A stretch of DNA of 63,977 bases, counting the filler, from Bigelowiella natans CCMP2755 (lineage: Eukaryota; Protista; Cercozoa): the NCBI GenBank assembly GCA_000320545.1. It is 9 parts of 9 records of this genome, joined end to end, with 100 filler letters (N's around TTAATTAATTAA, not from the genome) between each part and the next. Parts side by side here need not be neighbours in the genome. Positions count along the whole stretch, not along the records: positions 18,802 to 32,179 come from ADNK01001390.1; positions 32,280 to 46,458 come from ADNK01001798.1; 7 more parts are not named here. One strand, written 5' to 3'. Numbering within the stretch: the stretch's first letter is position 1; the number at the start of each line of letters is the position of its first letter. Below, one piece after another: positions 24,329 to 38,893 of this stretch. The notes beneath the pieces were generated by a model. It worked only from the letters and a program-made list of their open reading frames with translations, ran no database searches and was not told the origin of the DNA. A program made the position numbers and the translations under genes.

Positions 24329-25252
24329 CTATAAGCACCGCTGTTTGCTGTTTCTTACGTCCCTCTTGTTGTGTCGATTGAGCTCCTTTCTCCCCTCACC
24401 AACTTGCAACAAAGATGTTAGCTTCTTCACAGCTGACTTGGCATTTCTGTGACCGCTTTGTGAAACCGCTACAAACTGCTGCTCCTGCCGAATGATTTTG
24501 GTCACATGTGTTCTGACCCATTGAAATGCCTTTTTGACACCGGTCGCACTTTGCTCAACAGAGTGAACGCGTACTCCACGAATGCCTTTGGACATTGCCC
24601 GCAACTGTTGCAGACCCTCATTCCCAACAGAGAGCAAGACAGCTCTGAAGTTTTTGTGTTTCTTAGCCGCTGCGAGAAACGCATTGCGAGCGTCAGTAGC
24701 CGAGCAGCTCGAACTAGTGTCGTCTCCATCGGTGAGAAGTATCATGAGAGGGGTGAAGGTACTCTTCCCTTTGAAATCCTCAGCAGCAGACTTCACTGAA
24801 TCAAACAACGCAGTTGAGCCTCCGCTCTGAGTCTTCGCCCTCATCTTTTTAACGTTGACCTTATCGGCCTTCACACCAACGAACGCAGTGTCGACGTTGT
24901 GGTTGAATGCTCTGAACGTCACAAGATCCTTCGGGCGAAGCACCTTGAGAAGGCTCTCGACGCCGTTAAAAGCCTCCTCGAGCTTTTTCCCGGCCATCGA
25001 TCCAGATTTATCCACCAGCAATGAGCAGTAGAATGGAGAGCGTGTTTTCTTCTCTGATGATGTTGTAGTAATGCTCTGGGTGACTTTCATGAAGCCAGTA
25101 AAGCCTCCTCCTCGTCCTCCATGAGGGATGAGAAAACCAGCTCCTCTTCCGCCATTTCCACCTCCGTGGGGGATCAGAGCGCCAGTTCCTCTTCCCCGCC
25201 CCTTGCCGCGGCCAGGCTTACGGTGTTTCCTCGTGAAATTGTTCTTCTTCAT
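24329..25252 (-). CDS. von Willebrand factor A (VWA) domain protein with basic Gly/Arg-rich N-terminus, intronless
   Basis: MIDAS motif LLVDKSGSMAG (DxSxS), GSTALFDSV and ILLTDGDD; N-terminal RKPGRGKGRGRG and twice LIPHGG. Likely start MKKNNF at 25252. Confidence 0.85.
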   Translation of the reverse strand: MKKNNFTRKHRKPGRGKGRGRGTGALIPHGGGNGGRGAGFLIPHGGRGGGFTGFMKVTQSITTTSSEKKTRSPFYCSLLVDKSGSMAGKKLEEAFNGVESLLKVLRPKDLVTFRAFNHNVDTAFVGVKADKVNVKKMRAKTQSGGSTALFDSVKSAAEDFKGKSTFTPLMILLTDGDDTSSSCSATDARNAFLAAAKKHKNFRAVLLSVGNEGLQQLRAMSKGIRGVRVHSVEQSATGVKKAFQWVRTHVTKIIRQEQQFVAVSQSGHRNAKSAVKKLTSLLQVGEGRKELNRHNKRDVRNSKQRCL

Positions 25253-26025
25253 TTTGTGTTTTTTGTGTTGATTAGTAAGTATTTGTTCGTGCGAGTTATG
25301 ATTTGTGGGCTGTTTGAGCCGGCACTGTGCAATATACATCGGCTCGGTTGCAAGCAGGAAGGAGGAGGATTTGCAATGCGTGCGGTTGCGGTCGTGTGTT
25401 GCGTGATTTTGTTGTCGCACTCTCCTAATCGCGGTACTCGTAGATCTAGATCTAGTTTGTAAAATCGTTAAAATTTCGGACTACGACCCCCACCAAATAC
25501 CGAAAATTCCTTCCAATCTGGATATTTCCCCCTTCTGGATGACTTGAAAAAACTGACGTCTTCTGGAGGACTTTAGGTTGAAAAATGCATGTAACTTCCT
25601 ATTTTTTTTTTCCATATTGGTTGCAATTCCAATGGAACGCCATGAGAATTCCCCCATATATTAATCTTATGCGCTTTTTCCCTCGGTTGAAAGTCGCGAC
25701 AAAAAATAGGTGTGGCAGAGATAGATATGAGGAACGCCGTTGGTTTTTTTGCATTTCAACCCTCAGAATGGGAGTCGTACGCAGAAGAGAAAGCGGTTTG
25801 TACGAGTTTTCGGTTTCTATCCGTTCACGGATACCCTACTCGCATACAGCTAGAGATAGATATCATATTTGTTACCGTTCGGTGCGTCATCAAGTAGACC
25901 TCTATTGGTGCCTGAGGAGCCCAGCGAGGACGTATTCCATCTCAAAGACAAAGACGCAATCGCTCTAATTGTAGACCAGGACTTCCCAAACGTATCAAAT
26001 TCGAACGAAAACAGATTTCTTCCAA

Positions 26026-28727
26026 ATGCCACGTAAGTCCCGCAAGCGCAGTGACCGCGAAGCACTGTCGTCGCCCGTGTACTCGAAGAAACAGAAGTCT
26101 CGCTCTTCTAAGACCCCATCGTCGCGCAAACGCAAAGAGGCCGCTACGCCAGTATCATCACGAAAGAGGAAGACTGCTTCTAAGCGCGCCACTCAGGCCG
26201 AGAAACGGACACGCCGTGGCTCAGTAAGGCGCTCTTCCCGATCATCCCGCTCACTGAGAAACACAAAGCAGGATCTTGTTGCAAAAGAGGAAGATGAGGA
26301 AGAATTTGTGGACGAGGGTGAATTTGTTGAGGAAGGTGTATTTATTGAGGGAGAGGAAGAGGAGGAGTACCGTGATTTGGTTTCCAAGAGCAAGGAGGAT
26401 ATGAACGGATCCCAAAAATACCACGATGGTGATGATGATGACGACGACTTGTCCGCCGATGGCATTACCATGGCTGGCATCGTCGAGGCGGTCATAACGG
26501 TGTTGGCGGGGTGGTTGCTCTTGTACTTAATCCCTCAGCCCGTGGGGTTGCTCCATCAGCTTCAGTCTAAGATTGGGCTACCTCTGAAGGACATTCCCAC
26601 GTTCCTAGTTGTCTTGCCCTACTTCTATTATGTCATCCCACGATTTTGGGCTGCAGTGGACACACTCGATGCATGGTGTCGGAAAGTGTGGAATAGGTTC
26701 GACAACGGTTCGAAGCTTCGTGATAATGCTCAATTGCTGGCTATTATCGCCCTCGGTGCTCTTGTCTTCTTCTGCGCAATTTCGCCCGGGATGTCCGCGG
26801 AGATCAATAAGGTGAGCTGTGCGTAGACAGGAGAGATAGTCCCGACGATTAGACCTTGAAAAACCTCTTAGTTTTTTTCCCTGCAGTTTCAAATGAATAC
26901 ATGCAATGCAAGAAAATTGGCAAGACTCTCGCCCTTTCCTACTTCGATAGATTGATTGCTTGCATGCATGCTTTTCCCAAAAGAAGAAAGTTGTTCCATC
27001 AACATAATTCGCAATCTGATAGAAAGCCTACTGGCCCTTTGTTTCTCCTTCCGGGCGCCATCTTATCCAGTATTAATCGGATAAACTCTCATTGTATGTG
27101 CGAATATGAATACACAAAACAGTTTGCCAGCAAATTCACGGTAAATGACGGCGAGGAGGAGACCCTGAATGAAGACATCAAGGAGAGCTACTCCGTCCTC
27201 ACTGGGATCCTCCAGAAGCTGATATCCCCCGGTAGCATGGTTATCAACCATGTATTTCGACTGGACGGAGAGTTTTGGGAGAATTTGGCAGACACAATTG
27301 ACGAGACAGGGCTCGTTTTCCTCGGTGTGTTGCTCATTGTTCAAGGGGACGTCTGGCTCCCACGCGTCTTTGCAGGATGTGGGTTCATGTCAGGGGTACT
27401 AATGTCATCTGTACCCGTTACGCGCGGTATGAAGTTCGGGAGAGAAATGGGATCCCTTATCGATAAAAGCCTGGCAGAGACCGTTGGTGTTCTCAGCATT
27501 CCTAGTTGTTTGGCGATCCTTTTCTTCATCTACGGCGACGTTTCTGCTGGAATGAAGGCGCGCACAGCCACAGCTTCCGTGAAGGCAATGTTTCGAGGCA
27601 CGGCATACAGCGTAGCTCTCACGTTCCTGGCGAGCTTCATGATCGGCCTGAATCTGGCGCATTATGGGCTGGGGAAGGATTCCGTGGAAATTCTCTCGGG
27701 TATACTGGTGACACTGTTATCAGTGATGGTGGCGCTTAAATGGACTGCATGGCTCTATCAGAGGATATTCGAAGTAGTGCTCTATGGCCGTGGTTTCATG
27801 GCAATTGCTATGAGCGTCCTCGTGTCGCCCTATGCTGTAATCCAGATCATCATTTTGTTTATGATTCCTTACGCAGCTGGGTCGCTGCTCTTGACGCCGA
27901 TCTCCCTGACAGACAGCCCGCAAGTATCTCCTTTCATGCAAAAAGTCTGCCCGGACGAGGAGAGCGACTACTGCGTCCACGAATACTGGATGCCCCTCTA
28001 CTGGATTATATTACTCATAATTTTTTGTTACAAGCTCTTCGTTCGTGTTCAAATTTTCGAGTCTGGAGACAACGAGAAGTCCTCCGTCATCTCCGACGCC
28101 GGCCCCGTCACATTCGCGGTGAGGCACGTCAAGTACTTGGTGCTCATGTCTTTCTACTATGCGATGGGAACCCTGACGGCGACAAAGATGGCCATGGACA
28201 AACTCATTCCGATGTACATCTTCGAGTCAAACACTGGGTGTGAGGGAGATAATTGGTGGTCCTACTACTTCTCAAAGTTGTCAAACTCCTGCACAGAGGC
28301 GATGGAAAGGGAGGATGACCGCGTGAGGGTCTCTGCCATGACGTTGATTATTGTGAGCTGCACGATGGCGCTTCTCACTTCGATGCTCGATATCGTGGAC
28401 GCCGCGAAGCTCTGGACCGTCGATTCGGCACTAGGTGCACTCGGGGTGCTCACTGGCCACACGTTTCTTATCAACGCCACGGGGGGAGGAGCGAGCGGAA
28501 GTCTGGCCAAGATGGCAGAGCTTTACGCAGGGAACATTCCACGGATGCTCATGTTGGCGTTTGGATTTCTGTACCAGCGCAGACAGCGGCAAAGCCGAAC
28601 TTACGATCCGAACTGGCTGCTAAAATCGGTCTCCTTGGTGTATCTTATTGTGCCTTTCGCGATAGCATTCTTTTTCAATGCTAGGGATCTCATGGGAGGT
28701 GCAGGCGTGGCCAAAGCTATTCTCTGA
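26026..28727 (+). CDS. Multipass membrane protein with Lys/Arg/Ser-rich then acidic N-terminus; two exons (26026-26811, 27123-28727)
   Basis: Phase-0 intron AAG|GTGAG...AACAG|TTT joins the 266-aa and 623-aa ORFs in frame (~796 aa); more than ten hydrophobic segments; no family recognised. Confidence 0.75.
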
Positions 28728-29199
28728 TCAATGAGAGTAGCGTGGAAACTACAAGTAGATAAGTGTGAACGTGTTTTACTGGTGCTCATTTGTACGCCTC
28801 GAAAGGTTGAGTTTATGTAGAGTAGCCGTTTCTCGAAATGTGTTATCATCAACGCACGCATGACAATAAAATTGATGCGCTGCTGCTGTAGTTTACTTTT
28901 TTGGGTCAATGCTGTTGGTGCTAGGCACGTATTTTTCGAATGCCCCCTTCCTCCCCTTTTCCTTCAAGCGCTATGAATGGAATCTGCACGTTTAACTTGA
29001 AAGTAAAGTATCAATGGCATGCACATGAAGTCACAATGACTGCATGAGTTTTACTCGATGTAGCTGTGCTTATGCATGCGCTAAGTAGCTAACAATATAG
29101 CGTAGTGTGGTACAGTCATTTACGAATGCTTTCAAATGCATGAATCACGTGATTGTGAAAACAAACAGACGCATCATAGCGGCCGGAGACCGACAGATT

Positions 29200-29384
29200 C
29201 AACATACTAGCGCTGTAGCCGCTGCATTGCACAGTTATATATGAGGATGATCATTGATGAACAAATTTAATTTGATTTATTATTACATCCGTCTTACAAC
29301 ATAAGCGCTGCAGCCGCTGCTTTGCATAGCTACATTAGGATGACCATTGAAAAGATTTAACCACTTCATTACATCGGTCTCACA
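29200..29384 (+). repeat. Diverged tandem duplication of a ~90-97 bp unit
   Basis: CAACATA(CT)AGCGCTGyAGCCGCTGCwTTGCAyAG...GGATGAyCATTGA...ATTTAA...ATTACATCsGTCTyACA occurs at 29200-29296 and 29297-29384. Confidence 0.85.
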
Positions 29385-29529
29385 TGCAGTTATTTACATA
29401 ATGATGTGACTACAAGCACATGACTCCGCCGAACGATTAATGCATAATGCGAGCAGCAATGAGGATATGCTTGCACCCTTAATAAGAAGCCTGCTATGCG
29501 GCGGTATATGTAGGTAAATATGGGCCCGT

Positions 29530-30013
29530 TATCAACTTCTGTCATTGTATATGTAGGAGAATTGCTTCTGCTCTTCTTCCTTCTTCTGCTCTTCATTTCT
29601 GAGAGATACGATAGTGTACAGTGTGGGATAAGGAAGAGGAGGAGGAGGAGGAGGAGGAGGAGGAGGAGGAGGCAAGTACTGTCGATTAGTTCTTTTGAGA
29701 TGTGCGGGAGGAAAGGTCAAGTTAATCATCCTTGCGTGATGTGTAGTAAGAGAGCGAATGAAAAATGTGGGAGGATGGACGCACGGCTGTGGGGTTTCGT
29801 CGTCTGATTCCAGCATATCCAGTGCTGCATCGATCTGGGCGATGTCATTGTTGCCGCTATCAACCTACGTGTGAAAATACCATATGATATATGTAAATAT
29901 AGAAATATATAAACACACACACACACATGTGTGTGTGTGTGTGTGTGTGCGTGACGTGTACTGTGCAAATTATAATCTATGGTGAAAATTTCTGTTCCAG
30001 AACTTGTAATATG

Positions 30014-30045
<32 letters not shown>

Positions 30046-30492
30046 GATGATGGTGACGGTTGAAGAAGAGAACAGGGCGATGGGGGATAAAAAGGAGCAG
30101 AAAATTAAAAAAATAAATGGAACGAAAGATCATGACACAAATACCTTCTTCTCATCATTCGGGTCAGTTGACGTTGGCGGAGCTTGCTGCTCCGTTTCTG
30201 GGGCCGCGCCCTCTTTTGCTTCGACTCCTGCCGAAGCCTTGGCCTCCTTGACGACGTCCACACTTGAGCTTACGGCTGGAATATCAGTCTTCTCCGCAGA
30301 CCCTGGAACTTTAGCCTCATGACGCTCGCCATCCGCAGTAGGGTTATGATCCCCCGCAGCTCCGTTAGCTTCTTCTGGGACCTCCTGTTCCTCCCGTTGT
30401 TCTAGTGCTGGCCATGGTTGCTGGGGAGGCTGTTGCTGCTGCTGCTGCTGCTCGGGGGCGTCGGCCTTGGGAGCGGGGTCCTCTGATGACAT
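29530..30492 (-). CDS. Small acidic low-complexity protein, multi-exon
   Basis: First exon MSSEDPAPKADAPEQQQ...DEKK|GT; downstream exon VDSGNNDIAQIDAALDMLESDDETPQ bounded by AG/GT. Confidence 0.5.
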
Positions 30493-31348
30493 CGCGGAGA
30501 TTGATTGTTTTGCTTCCTTCTCACTTATATGGCACGATCATGACACCATCACCACCACCACCACCACCACCACTACCTTGATCTTGACTTGAAGCACACA
30601 GCCCCATCGAAGAACAGGGTATTAACAAGCGCGCCAGGATGTGAAATATGGAGAACCTCAGTCAACTGGGACCCTTCCCCCCAACCAATAAGAAGCTGTT
30701 TGGGAAATGGGCGAGATGATCCTAGAGAAACGGTCCTTCCCGTCTTCCCTTTTGCTCACACCCGAATGAACACTGGAAGGGGGGAGCAGGCGACCTTTTG
30801 AAGGAGGTCCGAGGAGGTTGGTCGGATCGCTTTCGATGTTGTTGATACGAGGAAGAATAAGTTCAAAATATATGCTGAATACTTCGTACATATATAACAA
30901 TAGTTAATCCCTTGATGAGGGGAAGGAAGAGGCTGGGGAGGATGGGAATATTGGTCCAAAATATATACCAGGAATACCATAATGCGGAGAAAACCGGAAC
31001 CGGATATTTGTCAGGAAAGAAATATCCCGCGAACATCGTTGTGCTTCCCGAAAAATCAGTCCACGGGTAAGGCTAGAACGCGACAATCTATAAGACGATC
31101 CTACAAATTGATGTAATATCTACCTTACGACATGTCGATATTACCAGTAAATTTTCATTTCGACGGCATTTACCAGTCCCTGTTTAACCAGTGTTTAATC
31201 TTGAAATTTGGCCCGGCGCGGCGCTGGTGGAAATGCAGACCACGACGCTCGCCCGCTCGCCCCCCCTCTGGATGCAATAGACTGGTACTTGCTGAATGGA
31301 GGTTGGTACTCTAAGAATCAGCTCTGTTGTCCTTCCCCCCACGGCAAC

Positions 31349-32179
31349 ATGCGCTCTGTAAGCGGTGGACGGCGTGGACTGTGGCTTCTGCCCTGGGCCC
31401 TCGTGCTCTCGCTCGCCTTGTTCCGCTCACGGCTCGGAGGCAGCCACCTGCGGGATGGGAAGGAGGCGAAGGTAGCGAACAGTTCGGTACAAATAGCCAG
31501 CGATCCACCCACAGTATGATGATAACAGTTGCGCTGGCCTATGTTTCCCTACAAGTCGTAATAGTAGTAGTAGTAGTAGTAGTAGAAGAAGAAGAAGAAA
31601 AAGAAGAGCAATTGTTACTCCTTCTTTCCACTCTCTCTATATATCTCTCTCGTTCTCATCCCATCCTCTCCCCACGTGATGAAAGCCGAGGTGGCGACCG
31701 CGCACACCTGCAACGGCTCTGAACCCGGGAGGGAGCGGAACGGAGTCACTTGTCTCCTCAAGTAAAGCCCCCTGGCTGCAGGATGCGCTTCGAACGGGAA
31801 TGACGGAGTGGCTGTACACCCCTTACCGATGTCAGTTGGAGCGAGGCAAAGAGAGTAGGGGGGGGGGGGGGGGGAGATGAGAGAATTGAGAGAAAGAGTT
31901 TTGGTTCAAAGAACCATGAATTCACCAGATTTATTTTTCGCAGATCGCAATCTCTCGGCGACCATGAAGAGAGAGTCGCCCCCCCCATTCCATACAGAAG
32001 CTGGAGGGATAGAACGAGGGGGGGGCGAGAGGAATAGAACACCCCAGCGGACCAATTGGGATAGAATGCTCGGTGAGCACGTGGTGAGGTTGTGTGAGAG
32101 CCGAGTTGAGGCGCCTTCTCGACATATGATGCGACGTAACATGTTCCGGAGAATCGCTGAGAAAATCCGACGGCGCTCC
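31349..32179 (+). CDS. 5' part of a signal-peptide-bearing protein, cut by contig end
   Basis: MRSVSGGRRGLWLLPWALVLSLALFRSR hydrophobic leader, followed by GT-AG-bounded open segments up to the N spacer. Confidence 0.4.
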
Positions 32180-32279
32180 NNNNNNNNNNNNNNNNNNNNN
32201 NNNNNNNNNNNNNNNNNNNNNNNTTAATTAATTAANNNNNNNNNNNNNNNNNNNNNNNNNNNNNNNNNNNNNNNNNNNN

Positions 32280-32919
32280 CCATGGCTTGCTTTATTATAG
32301 CTAGCCATTTGAGCTTGTCGTTTTCGGTGGGGTTAGGGGTAAAGTCGCAGAGTATACTCCTAGCGTTCTTCCACCACCTCCTTGCCTCACCTCTTTTCCC
32401 GTTGTATTTCGTTATCATAACCGGTGCTGTTTTAACAGACATGAACTGGGTGTTCCGCTGTACCGGCTGCTGCTGCTTGACGGTGCTCTGGGTCGTCCCC
32501 CGCGAGGCGCCCAGACCCCCGTCGTTCCTAAACAAAGCTGCCCACTCTGGAGGTAAGTCTGCTTCGTAATCCATGATGTCCTGCATGATAGCTGCCCAAA
32601 CATCATGTGTCTGATACTTGTATTCTATCGATACTTTCAGTTTGGCGTAGTTGCTCGCCCTGGGTCGCAAGGCTCGTAATGCCATTACGACCTTCTTGCT
32701 TTCGGCGGCCACGTCCTCGTCGTCCGCCTCGTAGAAGTTCTCCAGTGCCTCTGCTGCTGCATCTGCTTTCTTAATCCCGGGTGCTGGTCCCGGCGGTGCC
32801 TGTGGAGGTGTTCCTCCTCCTTCCTTAGCGTCCGTATCGCCCTTCCTTTCCTGTTTCTGCTCGTGCCCTTGCACGGCCTGCGAGCCAAAGTCCTGCTGTT
32901 CTTCTAGCTGCTGTGACAT
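32280..32919 (-). CDS. Gag-like polyprotein N-terminus
   Basis: Intronless ORF directly downstream of LTR+PBS; ITKYNGKRGEARRWW resembles the gag xxF/YxG...W motif. Confidence 0.65.
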
Positions 32920-32935
32920 TGTTAGTCAAATCGTT

Positions 32936-32953
32936 TCCCGTGTGTGGAAGCCA
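32936..32953 (-). promoter_or_regulatory. tRNA primer-binding site
   Basis: Plus strand reads TCCCGTGTGTGGAAGCCA, i.e. a tRNA 3' end with discriminator G and CCA (Glu/Asp-like acceptor stem), 5 nt from the LTR terminus. Confidence 0.7.
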
Positions 32954-33289
32954 AAGGTTGTTGCGCGTAAGGTGTTCACAGGCCGAGGCGCTACGTGCAC
33001 AAGTAGGCAGGGGGGGGGAAAGGCACGTTTGCTTCCTTTTGAAGAGTTGTGTTTATTTTTATTAAAGATTATATTTTTATTAAATCGTGCACTGCGTAAT
33101 CATTCGCGAAGCTTTCGCGAATGCCGCCGCACGTGGGGCAGCACACTTCCGGTGTGCTGCCATGAGTCCCGCCGGAACCCACGTGCCTATGCTGTATTAA
33201 TATCTACGTTATCTATATTCTATATCCGCGACAACCCCTTTGTTGTCGCACGTGACTTGTGCCCGCGTAGTGGTACGCGCTACAGCTAG

Positions 33290-33839
33290 CCGGCTAGCTG
33301 GGCTTGTTGGCGTGATCGAGTCGATCGCGTGCGGCTGACACGATGTGCATTGCCAGCTGGAATGGCCAGGTTGGGGCAATGCGACACGCCTCGACTGTGC
33401 ACTTTCAAACATGGTGAATGAGAGCTTGCAACGCAACACGCAAGTGTTCGGACAATTGCATGCGTCCATTGAATTGTTCACAAATTCGATTCTGCATTGC
33501 ACTTCGCTAGTTCGGCGACGATGATAGACACTGCAATACTGACGTTTTGCGTTCCAGCTAGCTAGCGTTGTGATGCATGTCGATTCCCAGATTCCATCGT
33601 CCATGCTAATGTTGATGCTCAGCATCAAACAATGTGCATGCCGTTCGGGCTGTGTGCGACACAGCTCTAGAGCTGTGAAGTCTAGAAGTGCAAGGAAAAA
33701 ATCGAACAATGATCGATGTGCATTGCTGTCGGCCAATGCACGTGATGTGCATGCACATGCATGTGTGCATGTTGATTTGTTTTGAATGGAACAAGCAAAT
33801 GCAGCATGCGAAGCGACAAACTTTGTGACCTCAAAACAT

Positions 33840-33840
<1 letters not shown>
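33290..33840. other. TpA-depleted, TG/CA-rich intergenic island
   Basis: Manual count in 33301-33840: 8 TA (5 CTAG, ATAG, CTAA, ATAC); CpG abundant. Confidence 0.85.
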
Positions 33841-36240
<2,400 letters not shown>

Positions 36241-36313
36241 TTGCCATACGGGCATTTCTAAGCACATAGTACATAATACACACCATGGTAAGCAAACAAA
36301 ATGGAGAACACCA

Positions 36314-36370
<57 letters not shown>

Positions 36371-36399
36371 GGAGAGAGAGAACCTGCTTTGTCTTCGGC

Positions 36400-37019
36400 T
36401 CCCATCCTGAATGATACACATTCTCCGGGACAAGGGCGCTTTGCGAATCAGGCAAGATCGGCGCGGATAAGAACGCAGGCAGAACCTCTTTCCCTGCCAC
36501 CAATCCACCACGACGACACCATTATGCACCGTCAAGCAATGTGTTAGATCGAAGGGGGGGGATGGTGATATACGTACGGAATGTACCTCTTGTGGGAAAG
36601 GTCTGCAAAGGCGGATTGGAGACTCGAGAGACAGGCAGCGAGTCGTCGATGTGCGCAAGGATATCTGATGATCGACACATGTTGTTGGTCGTTGGTGGTG
36701 GTTGTTGTTGTTGTTGTTGTTGTCGCGTGCTTTGGGTCATAGGAGAAGAAGCAGACGAAGTAAAGCATAGCCTGCTGATGTTGAGAATGAGGATGGACGA
36801 CGATGGCCTTCGATGTGAGGCGCAATTATTACCAGCAACTGATCAAGAGTGCCTTCACCACTATCACACAACTACGTGATGAAGTGTAGCCAAAAACCTA
36901 CTACTACTACGCCTACTACTACTACTGCTGACCGATCTTGCTTTCCCCGCTCTTCTCGAAGTCCTTAGCCGTTTTCATTGCCCAGATGGACATTTTGCTG
37001 TCGTCGAGCTCCTACGATA

Positions 37020-37051
<32 letters not shown>

Positions 37052-37320
37052 GGTGATGACGATGATGAGGCGCAAAATGCATAATAAGTCACAGATTGCG
37101 TTTGTGTTCGCATGTGTGCGTTTTGTGGATCCTCCACCGTATAATGCTGATACGGTGTTTTTGCTACAAGAGCAACAACAACAACTACTACTACTCCTAC
37201 TACTACCATAAACCAGCACATGCAGAACTTTGGCTTGAAAGGCTCGATTTTGCCGGTTTCCTTGTTGATTTTGATCGCAGCCTTGGTGTGCGTGCACATC
37301 ACAAATACATAAATATATGA

Positions 37321-37354
<34 letters not shown>

Positions 37355-37719
37355 TGATATATTGACTATAGTACTGTGCATATTTTAGATACATCCCCCC
37401 CCCCCCCCCTCCCCTTGCTCCCTATGCCCATGTTTGGAAAACCTCCTTCATCTTCGGATCCTTGGAGAGGGCGGCGAGGCGCTCCGAATACCACTACGAA
37501 CACAAGATTATTACACTATCACAATGCGGCAGGAGTGCTGCGGTTGGTGCTCGAGTCGCAACGCATCCATTTGACGCTAGAATGATCAATGCGTTTTGTG
37601 TGCAAACTGGGAACAAAAAGGAGACCATCGCTACTGGTTTCGCGACATGGAGAGAAGCTTGTCGTGAAACGAATATTATACGATATCTCCCCTTCCTGTA
37701 TCGGTGTTTTACTCTCTGA

Positions 37720-37754
<35 letters not shown>

Positions 37755-38318
37755 GGGGGAGCCCGTTAAAGAAATGATAGTCTTCATTTCTTCTCCATTC
37801 TCAGCCCACCTGCTCGGCCTCCTTCTTGTCGCTCTTCCCGCCATATACGCGTTTCATCAGTGCGGGGGAGGACATGGCGATTTTTACAAAAGGCGTCCTT
37901 TCCAGGCACAAAGCGTCGGAAAGCGCCTATGTTTTTTTTTTTTATAAAATCCGCTTTAGCTTTTTCCACGTCGATTTGTCAAGCATATACGTGTGTTTCC
38001 GTAGTGCGAAATTGCGCGAGAAAGTAGGGGAGTTTGACCGTAGAGGTGTTGCTGCTGTTGTTGGTGCTATCATTCTCTGTGACGCCAAATATCTTGAGAA
38101 ATAGAATATTTAATCCTCCCTCCTCTGCCCCCCCCCCAAACCTACGATACCTTCTCCGACATCCTCCACTGGGGAGGGAGGGGTGCTTTTGGAAGCACGT
38201 AGTAATCCGTAAAGTCCATCATATTCGCACCCGTAGCATCCGACTGATGGTGTAATGGAGAATATGTATTAATCCACAGTAGTACAGAGAGATCTACATG
38301 CATATGCGGTGGAGGATG

Positions 38319-38354
<36 letters not shown>

Positions 38355-38765
38355 CAATGAACTCGTATGCTTTACACACAGAGATATCATCTGTCTGTCC
38401 GCATGTGAAAGAGAGTAGCAGAGTACTCAAACACTAAGACCGGAACGTACACCATCACCCACATTTCTGTTCACATTACGCAATGAGCAATGAGCATTAG
38501 AAACCATCTCCGTTTTAGCAACGATAGAAGCTATGGTTATCATCATCACCGTCATCATCATCATCATCATCATCATTGTTGTTGTTGTTGTTATCTTTAC
38601 TTGGAGATTCCATGTTCCTGCTAGGTCATCCAGAATTCTGATTGTAAACACACGCACGCACACAGCAAATAAAAATACATCTTCTTCTTCTTCTTCTTCT
38701 TTTTCCTCTGCTTCTTTATTGCTCCCAACCCTGTTGTCGCATTCGAAGCCATCGCCACGCCGTCT

Positions 38766-38805
<40 letters not shown>

Positions 38806-38851
38806 GTGCACATACAACACACTATTAAACATCGTGATCTTGAGTGCAATA

Positions 38852-38893
<42 letters not shown>

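Larger units (their letters stand above)
32280..33233 (-). mobile_element. 5' end of an LTR retrotransposon (probably Ty3/Gypsy-like): 5' LTR, PBS and gag, truncated by contig end
   Basis: 275-bp LTR 32959-33233 with TG...CA ends (minus strand TGTCGCG...CGCAACA) and AATAAA; a 5-nt spacer then PBS TGGCTTCCACACACGGG; gag-like ORF starts about 15 bp after the PBS. Confidence 0.8.
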
